From: Pocillopora damicornis | Taxonomy: Eukaryota | Assembly: GCF_003704095.1 (NCBI RefSeq) | Contig: NW_020844152.1 | Coordinates: forward strand, 1 to 64,000 | Direction of reading: 5' to 3' | Length of the DNA: 64,000 nucleotides | In this document: positions 1 through 15,900 of the stretch, piece after piece | How the letters are laid out: every line of letters begins with the position of its first letter | Position numbering within the stretch: the stretch's first letter is position 1 | The notes under the pieces: generated by a model | Database searches by the model: none | Told to the model about the DNA's origin: nothing | Seen by the model: the letters and a program-made list of their open reading frames with translations, nothing else | Translations under genes and position numbers: made by a program

Positions 1-708
1 TCTGCCATAACAATGGCCGCTCTTACAACGTTTTTCACAGGTAGGGGAATTTATAATTTTAATAAATTAATTATTAGCAAAAATTAAGCGATTTCCTTGG
101 AATTTTCACTGGATGATGGAAGCATTGCGGTCTGGTTAGAAGCTTGTCCGACTAGATAGGAAAATTCCGTCATTGATTTTCAACCTCTATTAAGACTGTG
201 AGCTATATATATACATGTCACAGAGATTCCTAACTTTTCTTTTGATAGATTCTTACGTTAATTCGAATTGGGTTCAACCAATACTTAATCTCAATGTTGT
301 TGACAAATGGTTAGCTGCGACATTCAAAACATTCGAAAAAGTCTGTCTTAATGAAATATTGTTTGCTTTAAAAGCCTGCAATGTTCTTTTGATTGAGGTG
401 TACTTGAGCAATAATTGATAGCTAATGTCATCACTTTGTTTCCATGCAGGTTTGATGATGATGCCAGCTACAGTCTTGGCGTACTATCAGCTTGGACAAT
501 TCTTGATGCTGGTTATGGTCTTTAGCTGGCTCTATTCTACGTTTGGCTTCCTGTCAATCTGCTCAATGGTTGGCCCAAAGAACAATTTTGGACAGTTAAG
601 CATCACTCGTGTCTTCAGGAAGTGTGGACTTTACAGAACCGAACCAGTGCGCAAAATTGAAATTAATACAAGTAAAACCATAAATAACGAGGTTATAAAC
701 TTGAATGA
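1..708 (+). CDS. DISP1: Protein dispatched homolog 1 (RND/SSD family), 3' exons, partial
   Basis: Exon 1-40 (SAITMAALTTFFT-G, donor gtagg at 41) joins in phase to an exon starting at 450 (GLMMMPATVLAYYQLGQFLMLVMVFSWLYSTFGFLSICSMVGPKNNFGQ). This matches the last TM helices of Dispatched (remembered human: [40 protein letters not shown]...LGPQGTCGQ). The frame runs into the N gap at 709, so the stop is not seen. Confidence 0.82.
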
Positions 709-1264
709 NNNNNNNNNNNNNNNNNNNNNNNNNNNNNNNNNNNNNNNNNNNNNNNNNNNNNNNNNNNNNNNNNNNNNNNNNNNNNNNNNNNNNNNNNNNN
801 NNNNNNNNNNNNNNNNNNNNNNNNNNNNNNNNNNNNNNNNNNNNNNNNNNNNNNNNNNNNNNNNNNNNNNNNNNNNNNNNNNNNNNNNNNNNNNNNNNNN
901 NNNNNNNNNNNNNNNNNNNNNNNNNNNNNNNNNNNNNNTGGACCTGTTGTAAATACTTATATCTGAGTTTTCATTGGGACGAATGACAGGTGACGGTCGC
1001 ATATGATCAAACTGAATAGAACAACGTTCATTTCAACTCACTTTTGGTCATTTGTTCGCTCGTTCTCTTTGCCACTTATCTACGAGTGATAAGTCTTCTG
1101 TATCATTGCCAGTAAATGTAAACATCACAACCCGCGCCTATAGAATAAAATGAGGATGCCTGTTNNNNNNNNNNNNNNNNNNNNNNNNNNNNNNNNNNNN
1201 NNNNNNNNNNNNNNNNNNNNNNNNNNNNNNNNNNNNNNNNNNNNNNNNNNNNNNNNNNNNNNNN

Positions 1265-3030
1265 TGTGATGTTAGCAGTGTTTTATCCAAGATTCACATT
1301 TGTCTTCCAATTGTTGATTTGTTTGGATATTTCCAGTCATTGGATTCATGTACAAAGGTAAAAAAGTTACATTTCTATTATAATTANNNNNNNNNNNNNN
1401 NNNNNNNNNNNNNNNNNNNNNNNNNNNNNNNNNNNNNNNNNNNNNNNNNNNNNNNNNNNNNNNNNNNNNNNNNNNNNNNNNNNNNNNNNNNNNNNNNNNN
1501 NNNNNNNNNNNNNNNNNNNNNNNNNNNNNNNNNNNNNNNNNNNNNNNNNNNNNNNNNNNNNNNNNNNNNNNNNNNNNNNNNNNNNNNNNNNNNNNNNNNN
1601 NNNNNNNNNNNNNNNNNNNNNNNNNNNNNNNNNNNNNNNNNNNNNNNNNNNNNNNNNNNNNNNNNNNNNNNNNNNNNNNNNNNNNNNNNNNNNNNNNNNN
1701 NNNNNNNNNNNNNNNNNNNNNNNNNNNNNNNNNNNNNNNNNNNNNNTTGCCAAAAGACAAAATTTAAACCTCCCACTGTGTTAAACCCTTTAACCCCCTA
1801 AGAGTGCTTAGCATCTAATTTCTCCACACAATATCACCCCTGAATCATCTATTAAGGTCAGGAGAATGAAGGAAATGATCACCAACTAAAGAAGCTCTCG
1901 ATATTATAAAAAAATAAATTCACCTTGTCAGCACCTTAGGAAATGTGTAGAGAACAGTATGGAGAATANNNNNNNNNNTGTTTATGTGTAAGGGGTTCAG
2001 TTGCGATCTCGTAGCTGTCACAGGGAGATCAGTAACAAACTCAGCTGTGAAGAACCCCTTCTTACATCTACAAGATAAATGCTTTGAGAANNNNNNNNNN
2101 TTTCCAAAAAATAAGGCAGTCTTTTTCTGGGGAAACCAGTGAGAAACCAACNNNNNNNNNNGTGTTCAACTTGAAGAATTCTTGGTATTTCAGTTCTCAA
2201 ACTCTAGGCTTTATTTACTAATTTTCAGGTGGTACTGTCCATCATGTGTGCTGGTAATGAACTCTTTTTCTGTATGTTGTATTTGGTTCATTTNNNNNNN
2301 NNNNNNNNNNNNNNNNNNNNNTCTTTAGTACTCATGTACAGATACATTTGTATTTCAAGAAAACATGCTTTTTTTTAAATTTGACACAGTGAAATGGCAG
2401 CTTTTGAGATAATTATACANNNNNNNNNNATTTCATTGAAAAAGCAGTTCAGGTCTGTTTTTTTTATTCATCAGTACCTCTTTCTTATCAGGTTTGAGGT
2501 AAGTTACAGATCAAGTTTTTCTACTTGGAATCATGGCCTGNNNNNNNNNNNNNNNNNNNNNNNNNNNNNNNNNNNNNNNNNNNNNNNNNNNNNNNNNNNN
2601 NNNNNNNNNNNNNNNNNNNNNNNNNNNNNNNNNNNNNNNNNNNNNNNNNNNNNNNNNNNNNNNNNNNNNNNNNNNNNNNNNNNNNNNNNNNNNNNNNNNN
2701 NNNNNNNNNNNNNNNNNNNNNNNNNNNNNNNNNNNNNNNNNNNNNNNNNNNNNNNNNNNNNNNNNNNNNNNNNNNNNNNNNNNNNNNNNNNNNNNNNNNN
2801 NNNNNNNNNNNNNNNNNNNNNNNNNNNNNNNNNNNNNNNNNNNNNNNNNAGATACTGTTTTTGTCAAAGTGTCTGTTGCTGGCAGCACATTTGGTCTGTG
2901 GGTAGCTCTAGCTTGGCTGACTCTTCCTATCTGCATACTGAAGCAGTCCATCAGTGTGATTCAGCTCACTGTGGCATGTATCAACACGGCAAGCTTGGAT
3001 GAGAGTGAAAGAGAAAGAGTAAACAAATGA
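1265..3030 (+). CDS. CDIPT: CDIPT 3' exons, on an oppositely oriented gap-bounded block
   Basis: 1265-1357 VMLAVFYPRFTFVFQLLICLDISSHWIHVQ (donor gt at 1358); 2229-2293 VVLSIMCAGNELFFCMLYLVH (runs into gap); 2870-3030 SVAGSTFGLWVALAWLTLPICILKQSISVIQLTVACINTASLDESERERVNK*. These match the C-terminal half of PI synthase (LDxxSHW, CAGNELF). One exon is probably hidden in a gap. Confidence 0.88.
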
Positions 3031-3409
3031 CTAGACATGGAGACTGGAGAACAACACAAANNNNNNNNNNACTAAAGCAATTATTTCACAACTGAAAATA
3101 ATCAAAAGGATTATTATATGGTGTGGAGTTTTTCCTAAATTTTCAAGGCTTTTTGTGACTAACACTTAACCCTTTAACTCTCATGAGTGACCAAGANNNN
3201 NNNNNNNNNNNNNNNNNNNNNNNNNNNNNNNNNNNNNNNNNNNNNNNNNNNNNNNNNNNNNNNNNNNNNNNNNNNNNNNNNNNNNNNNNNNNNNNNAAAA
3301 ATTGGCCCTGTCAGAGATTTGAAAGGTTATTAAATTATAAAATAAATATTCTCAAATCTCTCTTTTCCAGTCCTCATTTCAACAAAATTAACCATACAAG
3401 ATACTTCAC

Positions 3410-4692
3410 CTGTCTGTGAGCATATCTAGCATGGCACCAAACATTGTACCTAAGAAGTTAAAAAACATTTGAAAGTTTTGAGTGGAATAAAATAATAACT
3501 ATTTATTAAAGACAACTAGACCATTGGAATATTTGCTACATTTCTGGAAAGAGGTGTTAAAGCTGGCCAAATCTATTAACGGAGTATCTATGTTTGAGAG
3601 CTTGCCTATCACATACCCATCCCAAATATGCATGTGTATCCCCCCCCAAGATGGCAAAACGCACTGGACAGAATTAACGGTGGTGTTGATGTAACTTGCA
3701 CAAGTGGGTAAGAAGACAGTGGAAACGAGGTACCTACAATTAATTTTCCCACCTAGCTGTTTCGAAAAAATGTGATTCGTGATCACCATGCATTCTGCCA
3801 TTTTTTTAATCACATGAGGAAGAGCACTTTCTCCTGGTCACGCAAACTGAAAACAAGACTCTTTGCGACACATTAAAAGAGTCAAATATCCTGGCGATGG
3901 GAAATTACAGCTCTTAATGATCGAACTCACTTTGATTAAAGTATCGTGCTGCATACCCATCAAATTCATCTAACAGGACACTCAGAAGATACATGGATGC
4001 CGCCACGACACAGTTCGTCGGCATGAAGTAGAAGGATAATATGGCTAACACGATCCGTGCATAACCTGTCAGATCAGTAAAGTACCATTTGCTATTTGAA
4101 ATCTCCGAGACTGAAAACGATTATGGTATTACAACATTATTGAAAATTCTAAGTGAAACATGCTATTTCCACAATAAAACAGCTGTTACGAGGTAAAAAG
4201 TGCCAAGAAAAAAATTTACTCACCTATGATATTTGGAATAAATAGAAACACATTTTCAGCCATTGTTCGCAAAGGAAAGATTTAAAATATAGGTTAACTT
4301 GAACCAAACCTTCAACTGTACTCGGTCACGCTTAAGAACGCTTTCGGTCTGTTTTTTAGTTTCTCTCAGGGGTAGGTTAGTAAGAGGCGGTCGATGTTAC
4401 TGATTTAATATGACTCTTTTCAAGAAATTCAGAATTTAATTTTCTCGTCTCATTCAGAAAATAAAAAAAAATGTATTTCTGGTATTTCAGTTACAAAAAT
4501 AAAAAAAGGAAATAAAGAAAGATANNNNNNNNNNNNNNNNNNNNNNNNNNNNNNNNNNNNNNNNNNNNNNNNNNNNNNNNNNNNNNNNNNNNNNNNNNNN
4601 NNNNNNNNNNNNNNNNNNNNNNNNAAAAGTGCCAAGAAAAAAATTTACTCACCTATGATATTAGGAATAAATAGAAACACATTTTCAGCCAT
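3410..4692 (-). CDS. CDIPT: CDP-diacylglycerol--inositol 3-phosphatidyltransferase (PI synthase), exons 1-3
   Basis: Exon 1 4263-4224 (MAENVFLFIPNII-G; duplicate at 4692-4653), exon 2 4065-3931 (GYARIVLAILSFYFMPTNCVVAASMYLLSVLLDEFDGYAARYFNQ), exon 3 3449-3410 (STMFGAMLDMLTDR). All junctions are GT-AG and in phase. The CDP-alcohol phosphotransferase motif DxxDGxxAR...GxxxDxxxD is intact. Confidence 0.93.
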
Positions 4693-4955
4693 TGTTCGCA
4701 AAGGAAAGATCTAAAATATAGGTTAACTTGAACCAAATCTTCAACTGTACTCTGTCTCGCTTTAGAACGCTTTCGGTCTGTTTTTTAGTTTCTCTCAGGG
4801 GTAGGGTAGTGAGAGGCGGTCGATGTTACTGATTTAATATGACTCTTTTCAAGAAATTCAGAATTTGATTTTCTCGTCTCGTTCAGAAAATAAAAAGAAT
4901 TATGTATTTCTGGTATTTCAGTTACAAAAATAAAAAAAGGAAATAAAGAAAGATA
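4196..4955. repeat. Direct duplication (~330 bp x2) across a 100-N gap, containing CDIPT exon 1
   Basis: 4196-4524 is nearly identical to 4625-4955, with scattered substitutions. The gap 4525-4624 separates the copies. Confidence 0.9.
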
Positions 4956-5121
4956 AGCACAATGTTGTTGGGGAGGTAGGTAAGGCGAGGAATCTGGTGA
5001 CGGATCGGGTGGATTGTCAATGAGGGAGTCACCCTAGCAACCTTTGTATCATAAGGCCTGGGGACGAGCCCAAACGACACGTCGCGTCTCTTTGAATGAG
5101 GAGGAAAACTTTGCGCAGTAA

Positions 5122-7681
<2,560 letters not shown>

Positions 7682-8181
7682 AGAAATAGTTAAACCATGA
7701 ACTGCTCTGTTTTTAGTTAGTTGTTCAAATGATTTTTACTTAGGTCTTAGTTCATAAGAAAATTTTTTGCATTTGCATGACTGTTTGGAAAAATAGTTTG
7801 GTAATATTTATGTTAATTAACTTAAATGTTCACTTTAAAATTTTCGTTTGTCAATTCTTTAAGGCTCTTTATTTTGTCTCAACACAGCTTCATGATAATG
7901 CAGTTTTAGGTCCTTAATAAAAAGAAGTAACTACCTTTACATAACCTAATATCTTATTTGCACTTATAATGACACAATTGAAAACCACAAATTGGCATTA
8001 TAAACAAACCATTGATTGCTGTAGTTAAAATGTCATAATGGATTTTGTTGCTTTCAGAGACAATTTCTCACAATTACAGTACCTACAAATTAATTTGTTT
8101 CAAGCTCTGAGTCAGCAAAGGGGAACAAAGAATGGTATTAACCACACTTGACCGTTGTCAGGGACAACGTCTCCAGCCTCT

Positions 8182-8390
8182 TTAAACCTGTAACTCCCAG
8201 AAGTAATTCACATGTAACTTCTCCCTACAATATCCATCCACTATCCAACAAACAGGTAATGAGAATACTCAAATATATCAGGTAGAAGTTATCTTGATCA
8301 AACACCAAATTCTTGCAGCTAATATACAAGGAAATGTGTAGCAGCTAGAGGGGAGCATTAACAATCAGATCTTGGGAGTTAAAGGGTTAA
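8182..8390. mobile_element. TTAA-MITE copy (reverse orientation)
   Basis: ttaaacctgtaactccc...gggagttaaagggttaa; the body is the reverse complement of 6674-6885. Confidence 0.75.
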
Positions 8391-8685
8391 GCCCATTCAT
8401 TGTTTAGTTTGTCTCCTCTTACAGTGAGCTTGGCATAACCTATGTACAAGTTGTATATGTATTAAGATCAAACACATTCCCCATACAGGAGTTTTCATTT
8501 GGTCCTTTTGCAAGAGCATAGTTACACATTTGTAACTCAGAGAGGTATGAAGACAAAGGACACTCTTGCACCCAAATCTAGTTGGGAGTTTTAACAGTAG
8601 CATTTTTTTTGTAGTATTACTACAACAGTCTGGAGATGACTGTCTTTAAATAATTATTCAATGGATTGTTAAGTGACTAAAGGTG

Positions 8686-8836
8686 CAGTCAGTTTTGAAT
8701 TTTGAAGACTGGGTTGTTGTGGACATTAATTTTAGTCAGTCAGTTTTGAATTTTAAAGACTGGGTTGTTGTGGACATTAATTTTAGTCAGTCAGTTTTGA
8801 CTTTTGAAGACTGGGTGGTTGTAGACATTAATTTTA
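8686..8836. repeat. 51-bp tandem repeat x3
   Basis: Unit cagtcagttttgaattttgaagactgggttgttgtggacattaattttagt starts at 8686, 8737 and 8788. Confidence 0.92.
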
Positions 8837-9906
8837 CTATAACTGAATTATTGAAGGATGTTTTAGGTGCTCTACATTGTTCTAGAGACTAACCAAGTAT
8901 TTTCACACATTCACGTAGTGCCACATGTTTTAACAGAATAGAGACCATTCTAATATATAGAGATTACACAAAGTGTCAGTACTTAAATATTGTATTGGCA
9001 TAAAGGATTGTTCCATTAAGTGGCTTCTAGTGTTACTAAAGATGGTTGTTCTTGTCTCTTTCCTCTTAATGCAAACAGTTTTAAAATTCAAATAAAATTG
9101 ATGGCAAGGGAATGTTGTTGTGTTAGTGAATGTGTTGAGGGTGTGGTTTCATAAATTGCATGAAAGTTAGTTTTAAATACCAGTAGTAACAACACATTTC
9201 CCCCAATTCAGAGCAGCAAATTGCACATTTGATTTTGTACTTTTTTATTCATTTTCTCATTTCCATTTGTTTCAGTATTTTCCATTTCATCCAAGCTAAT
9301 ATACAACTACGACTTTCCATGAATATGTACTTGAATATGTATTATAAAAAAAAAAATGACTTCTTATTTCTCCTAATGATCTTATTGCTTTCTTGCACAT
9401 CAGATCTGAGAAATTCAAATCATTTTCATAGATTCCTAACTGATATCACTACATTAGCATACAGTGTGATGATACTGCATGGAGTGGTTATGCATCATAC
9501 AGTTCTGACAGCTAAAGGTTATTAAATCAACAAGTATTGATAACAAAATAATAATTTGTCAAATGAATGTATATATACCTTCTCACACCAAACTGGTGTT
9601 AATATAATAAATTCTCATGTTGTGATCCTACATGAAGTGACAAAACTTTAAAATGATTTTCACAAGAAAGTATGTCTTCAAAAATGACCATTGCTTAATG
9701 ACGGGATAATACAAGGCAACGTTAACACACAAAGGACTATGAAAAATGATTTTCCTTGTTACTTTGATGCGATCAATCTGCTTAACTGCTTTGCCATTTT
9801 TCATGTTTTCTACCTGCAATGTAGTGTATCTAAGATGAAAATCATTAAATAAGCAATTCAAAAAAATTGTGGTAACAATCAGAAAAACTATCCCTTTGTT
9901 TGAGAC

Positions 9907-12900
9907 TTATTCCCTTGAAACAATCTTCACACGGATTCCATTCTTTGGTGCCATTGTGATTGTTGCCTTGAGCTCAAGAGGTACCTAAAAAAATTAGAAA
10001 ACATTAATAGCTACTAGGCATTAATAAAATCTTGCAAAGAAAACTGAGAAAGGAATGTTCCACGAGGCACCACAAGACACCACTAGCAGTTGTCTTTATC
10101 TAAAATCAGGTTACATAGAGGGGTGAAAAGTTATTTCAAACTCTTGGTTTGAATATCTTAGTCTTTTGACATTTTGGAGCATAAATTTTAATTTTTATTA
10201 CCAAAGATGTTAAACCTTGGAGGGTAACCCTTGAGCTACAGGCCATTGGAAGTCTGTGATCACAGAGGGTTTTGCTCAATTACAAAGAACACTTCAAGAA
10301 CTTTCAATGAAACCTACAGCCTTCACATTAGAATTAACAACCAAAAATTGGTGGGGTGAGGTGAAATTTACTAGGCTCCTAGGTGACACTGCATTGGGTT
10401 GCTCCTGTGAGTCTCACCTTCACTGCTGTAACCTTGACCAATCTAATGCAAAATTTATGAGTCCTTAGCTGACATAAATCAAAGTTTTACATTTAAAACA
10501 GATACCTCAGTCTCTGCAGAGCACTCAAACTTAAACCTCTTAAGAATGTGAACCAGAGCCATCTTAGCTTCCATGAGTGCAAATCTCATCCCAATGCATG
10601 AGCGTGGCCCTGTGCCAAATGGAAGGAAGCAATATGGGCTGCGCTGCTGTTTAGCCTCCTGGGAAAACCTACAAATAAACATAAAAACATAGCTATGATA
10701 AATAATGTGAAAACTCCCGGTTCTTGTCTGATCCTGTCACTTAAGCTCTTGCAAGTGACTGTAAATGCATTTGTCTATTAAATAGTCATCCATAAGAAAT
10801 CAGAGTTGATGAGGAGAAAGGAAAATATAAACTAAGGAACATTCAGATTTTATGGAACAGTAACTTCTCCACGATAAAATTGTATGAAACGCATCACAAA
10901 CATTGTGAAGGATTACTGTTTAAATCTTGGGCATGAGAGGCTTAGTTGACTTGTTTGTAAATAACTATCAGTCAGAGTACCTTTCAGGATCAAAGGTTTC
11001 TGGATCTGGCCAGTATTCTGGGTCACGGTGCAAATGATAAACAGGAAAAATCACCACTGAACCTTTAACAAACTGCACACCATTTAAGGTACAACTTTCT
11101 TTAACAGCACGGCCGAACCTGAATTAAAAAAAAAAAAAAAAATTAAAGAAAATATGTGGTACTTTGGTTTGGAAATTCCCCTTTAAAAGTTATTTTAAGT
11201 TCTTGCAAGGAGAGGTTTCTTTGTAGTTTCCAACAACTAAGCTAAACCTGTCCAGTTCTTAACACTTTTTTTTTATATCAAGAAGTTGTGAATAATTCCC
11301 ATCAGCATAGCATTCAAATGATTCATAACAGAAAATACACAACATACACTGACTGTTTTAACAGTAACAAAACATGATTAAAGGACAATTTAAGTCTGAA
11401 TGATACATTTTAAATGGAAATGGAGAGGAAGTTTTCAGTTGAAATCTGTTCTGATTACATGTAATACAGTTGGTAGTTACAACTGTCTGTGACAGTCATG
11501 ATAACAAATTCAAACTCAAAACTATGAACCTGAAAGCGGGAGGAAAGAGACGCAATGCTTCATTTAACACCATGTCCAAGTACTCTAAGTTCTGAACTGT
11601 GTCATAAGCAGCATTTTCCTGAAATTAAAAGATCCAAGCAGCTTTTCGGTGAATCACTAGTTTGATGCTTGACAAATAAATTCCATGTTGCCATTCGTAT
11701 GTTCAGTCAGTGATCATGTGTCACAAAAATGTGGTAAGAACAAAAAAAATTGGCAGACAACATGCAGCTGAGCGTCACTCATATTATCACATTTTGACAT
11801 CTTCTGTGATCTGTAAGTAAAAATACCCAAGGCAACATGGACTCTATTTGTTTAATGATTACAAAAGAGAAGCAAGATGTTGTTACTAGACAGTGACATC
11901 ACCTATGTGTCCATTTATAATCCATCCTATACAAGAACCAATCAAGACAAAAACTAGTATAATTTAGCTAATTATGTAAGAGAGAATAGAATAAAATTTT
12001 TGGCTTGATAAAATTTTTGTCACAGGCTAGAAAATCAGTTCTCTCAAACTTGCTTTTGAAAGAAGATATTTTTTTCACAGGTTGTTGAGGTCAGGAAGGC
12101 TATAATTTTTAAAAATGTATCTTGAAGACAGGAGATAGAGGTAGGTGAGTAGTCCTGATTATCAGTAATTTGTGGCTGATAACAATAAGACAGTTCATTA
12201 AAAAAATAACAATTTTTTTGTAAAAATTTTCTATAAAAGTGTCAGATTGCACAAGTGAAGCCTACTTTAGATATTGTGCTTGAATGGAGGCAAATGAAAG
12301 TTAATGAATAAATTCCATGTGTTCAGCCTGGCTCATATTTTCTAACCTCAAAATGTTTTTCACATGAACAGGACAAGTCATTAATTAAATTTGATCTTAA
12401 CTGCTCATGTTACATACTGCATCTGAGCTAGACCTTAATACAGTAATCATGAAATGTGGGAGACTTACATCATCTCCAACAGCCCCATCAATTTCTTCAA
12501 TCAGTTTCTCTTGCACTTCAGGGTTCAGTGCCAGACAGTAAGTCGTGTAGGCTAAAGCATTGCTTGTTGTTTCATATCCAGCCAAGATGAAGGTGAAAGA
12601 TTGTGACAGAACTTCACCATCAGTCAGTTTACTAACTTTCTTCCCTTCACTGTCTGTGACCTCTGCTTTCATCATCAACTCCAATACGTCTTTCCTCTAC
12701 AACAAAGTTCAAAAGCCAAGGGCAATTCCCTCATCAATACACCTCTTTTTCTTGGTTTTCTCTTGGCTCCATTTTTGATGTGATGTTGAGGTTCAATTTC
12801 ATATACATTGTATGTTTCATATCTAATTTATCTTCATTTGAAACTCATTATCTAGAATTATTACTGCCTAAAAACAAACAGAAAGTATTATGAGAACTAA

Positions 12901-15900
12901 AGATAAATTGAAGCACTTCAAAACAACTCTGGATCACACTTGCAATTCTAATAACAAGATAGTAGTCTCAAGGAACCCATCATTTTCAAGTCTACCTGTG
13001 CAGCTCCAGACTCTCTCCTCATTCTCATCACTTCTTGTGCAGCTTTAGTTAAAAACATTGCTGACTTTGATCGTTCAGTACTTTCCGACCTCAGTATCAG
13101 CTTCATCACCAACCGAAACAACCGTGCCATAAATGGAAACACCACTGCCAAAAAATTAACATTTACAAGAAATTGTACGAAAGGAAAGGAAAACACAGCA
13201 TCAAATACATGCAGTCCCTATCCAATTTACCTAATCTAAAATTTTCTCATAATTGCAACTGTTAAAACAAAATATAAGCAGAATGTTAAGTGTCTTATGA
13301 TCAATCAAACTGGAGATCAGGACAAACGGGCAATCCTCAAAATGACAGACTAGTTCTCTCCCTACTGACTGGTTTGTTCTTCTTTATACAATAACTTTCC
13401 AGTCTGAAATAATTCTGATGTCCATTGTTTCTTGGGTTTCACAATCAACACTTAGTGTAATAGTTCTTAGTCTGATAACAGTTCATCATTTACTGACAAG
13501 ATTAATTACAGGTAATTTTTCATTCATGTTCCTGACTGCATCCATAGATTATTTGATAACAAATTGTTTGCTGATCACTGGACTAAAGCAACACACAAAT
13601 GATCAACTTACTTAAAATAAATGAAAGAGGAGGCTGTTTAAAAAGAACCTCTGCATTTGGAGTGTACTGCTCATTGGCATCATTCTGTATGTCTGCCTGG
13701 ACACCAAATGCTGTAGCCAAGATTACTTCCATGGTGAATTTTCCATAAGTCCTTCAAGACATATTTATTTGCTGCTTAGAAGCTTAGACTTACTGTCAAA
13801 AAATGGTGACTGTTAAAAAAAACCACTCTTATTAACCCTCATATTCACTTAAAAGGACCCTTTTTTCAACACCTTTTTGTGGGGTCTTAGTAAGGAAGGG
13901 CAGTTTAACACCTTAATTAAACACTGGATCATAGGCTGCTATATTTTGGCTAAACAAACTTACTTACAAAACGACTACAAAGTGAGTTTTCCACCAGAAA
14001 GCTCTTGCTTTACCTAACTAAGAAATCACTTTTTATAAAATCTATAGCTCATCCCTAATTAAATCTCAGTTAGCCTTGCTTTCTTAAAGTAACAACAGTA
14101 GTAATGCAATAAAGAGAAAAAGTAATCACAGCAGTAAAACAAATAAAATTATGTGAACCTTTCTGCAGCAGGGTATTCGACAAGAGAGAGAGAAGAGTAA
14201 ATAAATTTTGACAAGTCATTAGGAGGGTGCAAGCCCCTAAGCAAAAGAAGGAATGCTTAAAGAGCGATGAACATATTCAAGTCATTTATAACACCCAGTG
14301 ACTCCCATCAGGAGAAGGGGTAATTTGTTTTAATGATCATGGCCTGTTATCAAGACATACTGCTGCACAGCTTGATAGTGTGATGATTTCATTTGAGCTT
14401 GTCTACAACAGAGTGCTGCATGTACATGTACCTCCACATGTCCACTATCTCTCCTGTCTTAGCAATTTGTTCAAGTTTTTTGCCCAGTGTCTTTGCTGAC
14501 TGGTGAACCAAAGGGGTAATCTGTAAAGAGAAAGACGAAAGTCAATGTCCAAGTTCAGCACAAGATACAGCCTGGTGTTCATGTACCAATAAAAAGAATT
14601 CTAGATTCTGAAATGATCTTAACATCAGTATTATTTGAAGGATATTCTTCATTGTTCTTTCATGAACATAAAAAAGATGAAACTAAATAGAATATCCTTT
14701 TTTGCCTTCCAACTAAAGATGACACAAACCTGTTTAAGTTTCAGTGCACTGAATGTTGGAGTGATTGTAACACGGATTCTTCTCCATTCTTCATCTTCAA
14801 GTGTTAACAAGCTCTTGTTTTCAAATATAGACTGACTTCCAATACTCTGTAAACACATTTCAACACAGAACATCACATCAATCACAACTAAGAAAAACAT
14901 TATTGACTGATAGAATGTTCAGTGAAGATAAAGAGCAGACCAAAATAGACACTTGATGTATTACACTATCTTCACTATGACCATAAATGTGTTTATCATG
15001 TACTTACAGAAAGTGGTCTGTTTGGGAATTTACTAAATTCTTTCACAGTGATCTGCTTGATTAGATCAACATCCGAGATCACATAAGTTGGTTTACGACC
15101 AAGATAAACCCTACAATTATAGACAAGAAATATTTTAATGCTTGACTGCATCTGTCCTTGAATGGCCAGACTTGTAACTTAATGGTTGACTGCCTTATGT
15201 TATCCCCAACTTTTTTCTGTGAAAACTTCATCTTAATTCTAATGATAAAGCCAACCATATCGTTTTCCTTAGCCTTTGACAAAACCTATTAATTTGAAAT
15301 ATGACACTTCTTTATCCAGGAACTCTAAACCAGACAGTGCTATGACAACATTTCCTCCAAATTAGTTTAAGAAATAATAATAACAATTTGAATTCATAAA
15401 GTGCAAATCACATGAATGTATGATCAAATGCACTGTTAACTTGGTCAAATATAATTTACAACATATTAATATGTCTAACACAAGGATTATATCAGCTACT
15501 TGCTATGTTTACAAACAAAGAAAATTCTTATTCATTTTCAGCCTGTTAAAACAGGTCCTCGTATTTTTACTCAGGAAAGTTTAGGATTTTTTATGCAGGT
15601 AGCATAGGAAAAAGGTGCCCCTAGAATATTTGGACCCAACCCTAGATCCATGACATCATTGTCCCCAAACCCTGTAAAAATTTGACTAACCCTGCTACTC
15701 TTCCATACTTCTCAGCCACTTCTTTGTCAAACAAAAACATTTGATGGGGCTGAAATCAAAGCACATGATAAATAACCAATTAATGCTGAAAATGCAAAGA
15801 ATTATTTTTGAGGCAAGTTACATGTTATTGGTACCATTCATCAAACAGGGTTCAGGGATATTAACATGTNNNNNNNNNNNNNNNNNNNNNNNNNNNNNNN

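Noticed and set aside
2000-2090. Exon-like minus-strand fragment (RCKKGFFTAEFVTDLP)
   Set aside because: Sits between 10-N gaps next to a MITE, has no clear donor and does not match flanking genes.
631-3419. Many ORF-track entries composed mostly of X
   Set aside because: Artefacts of translating N gaps. Only the DISP1 and CDIPT exon parts are supported.
3499-3813. 104-aa minus-strand ORF
   Set aside because: Lies inside CDIPT intron 2 and has no recognisable homology.
8683-8892. Repetitive 69-aa ORF / CRISPR-like periodicity
   Set aside because: Contiguous 51-bp tandem units with no unique spacers and no cas genes; eukaryotic context.
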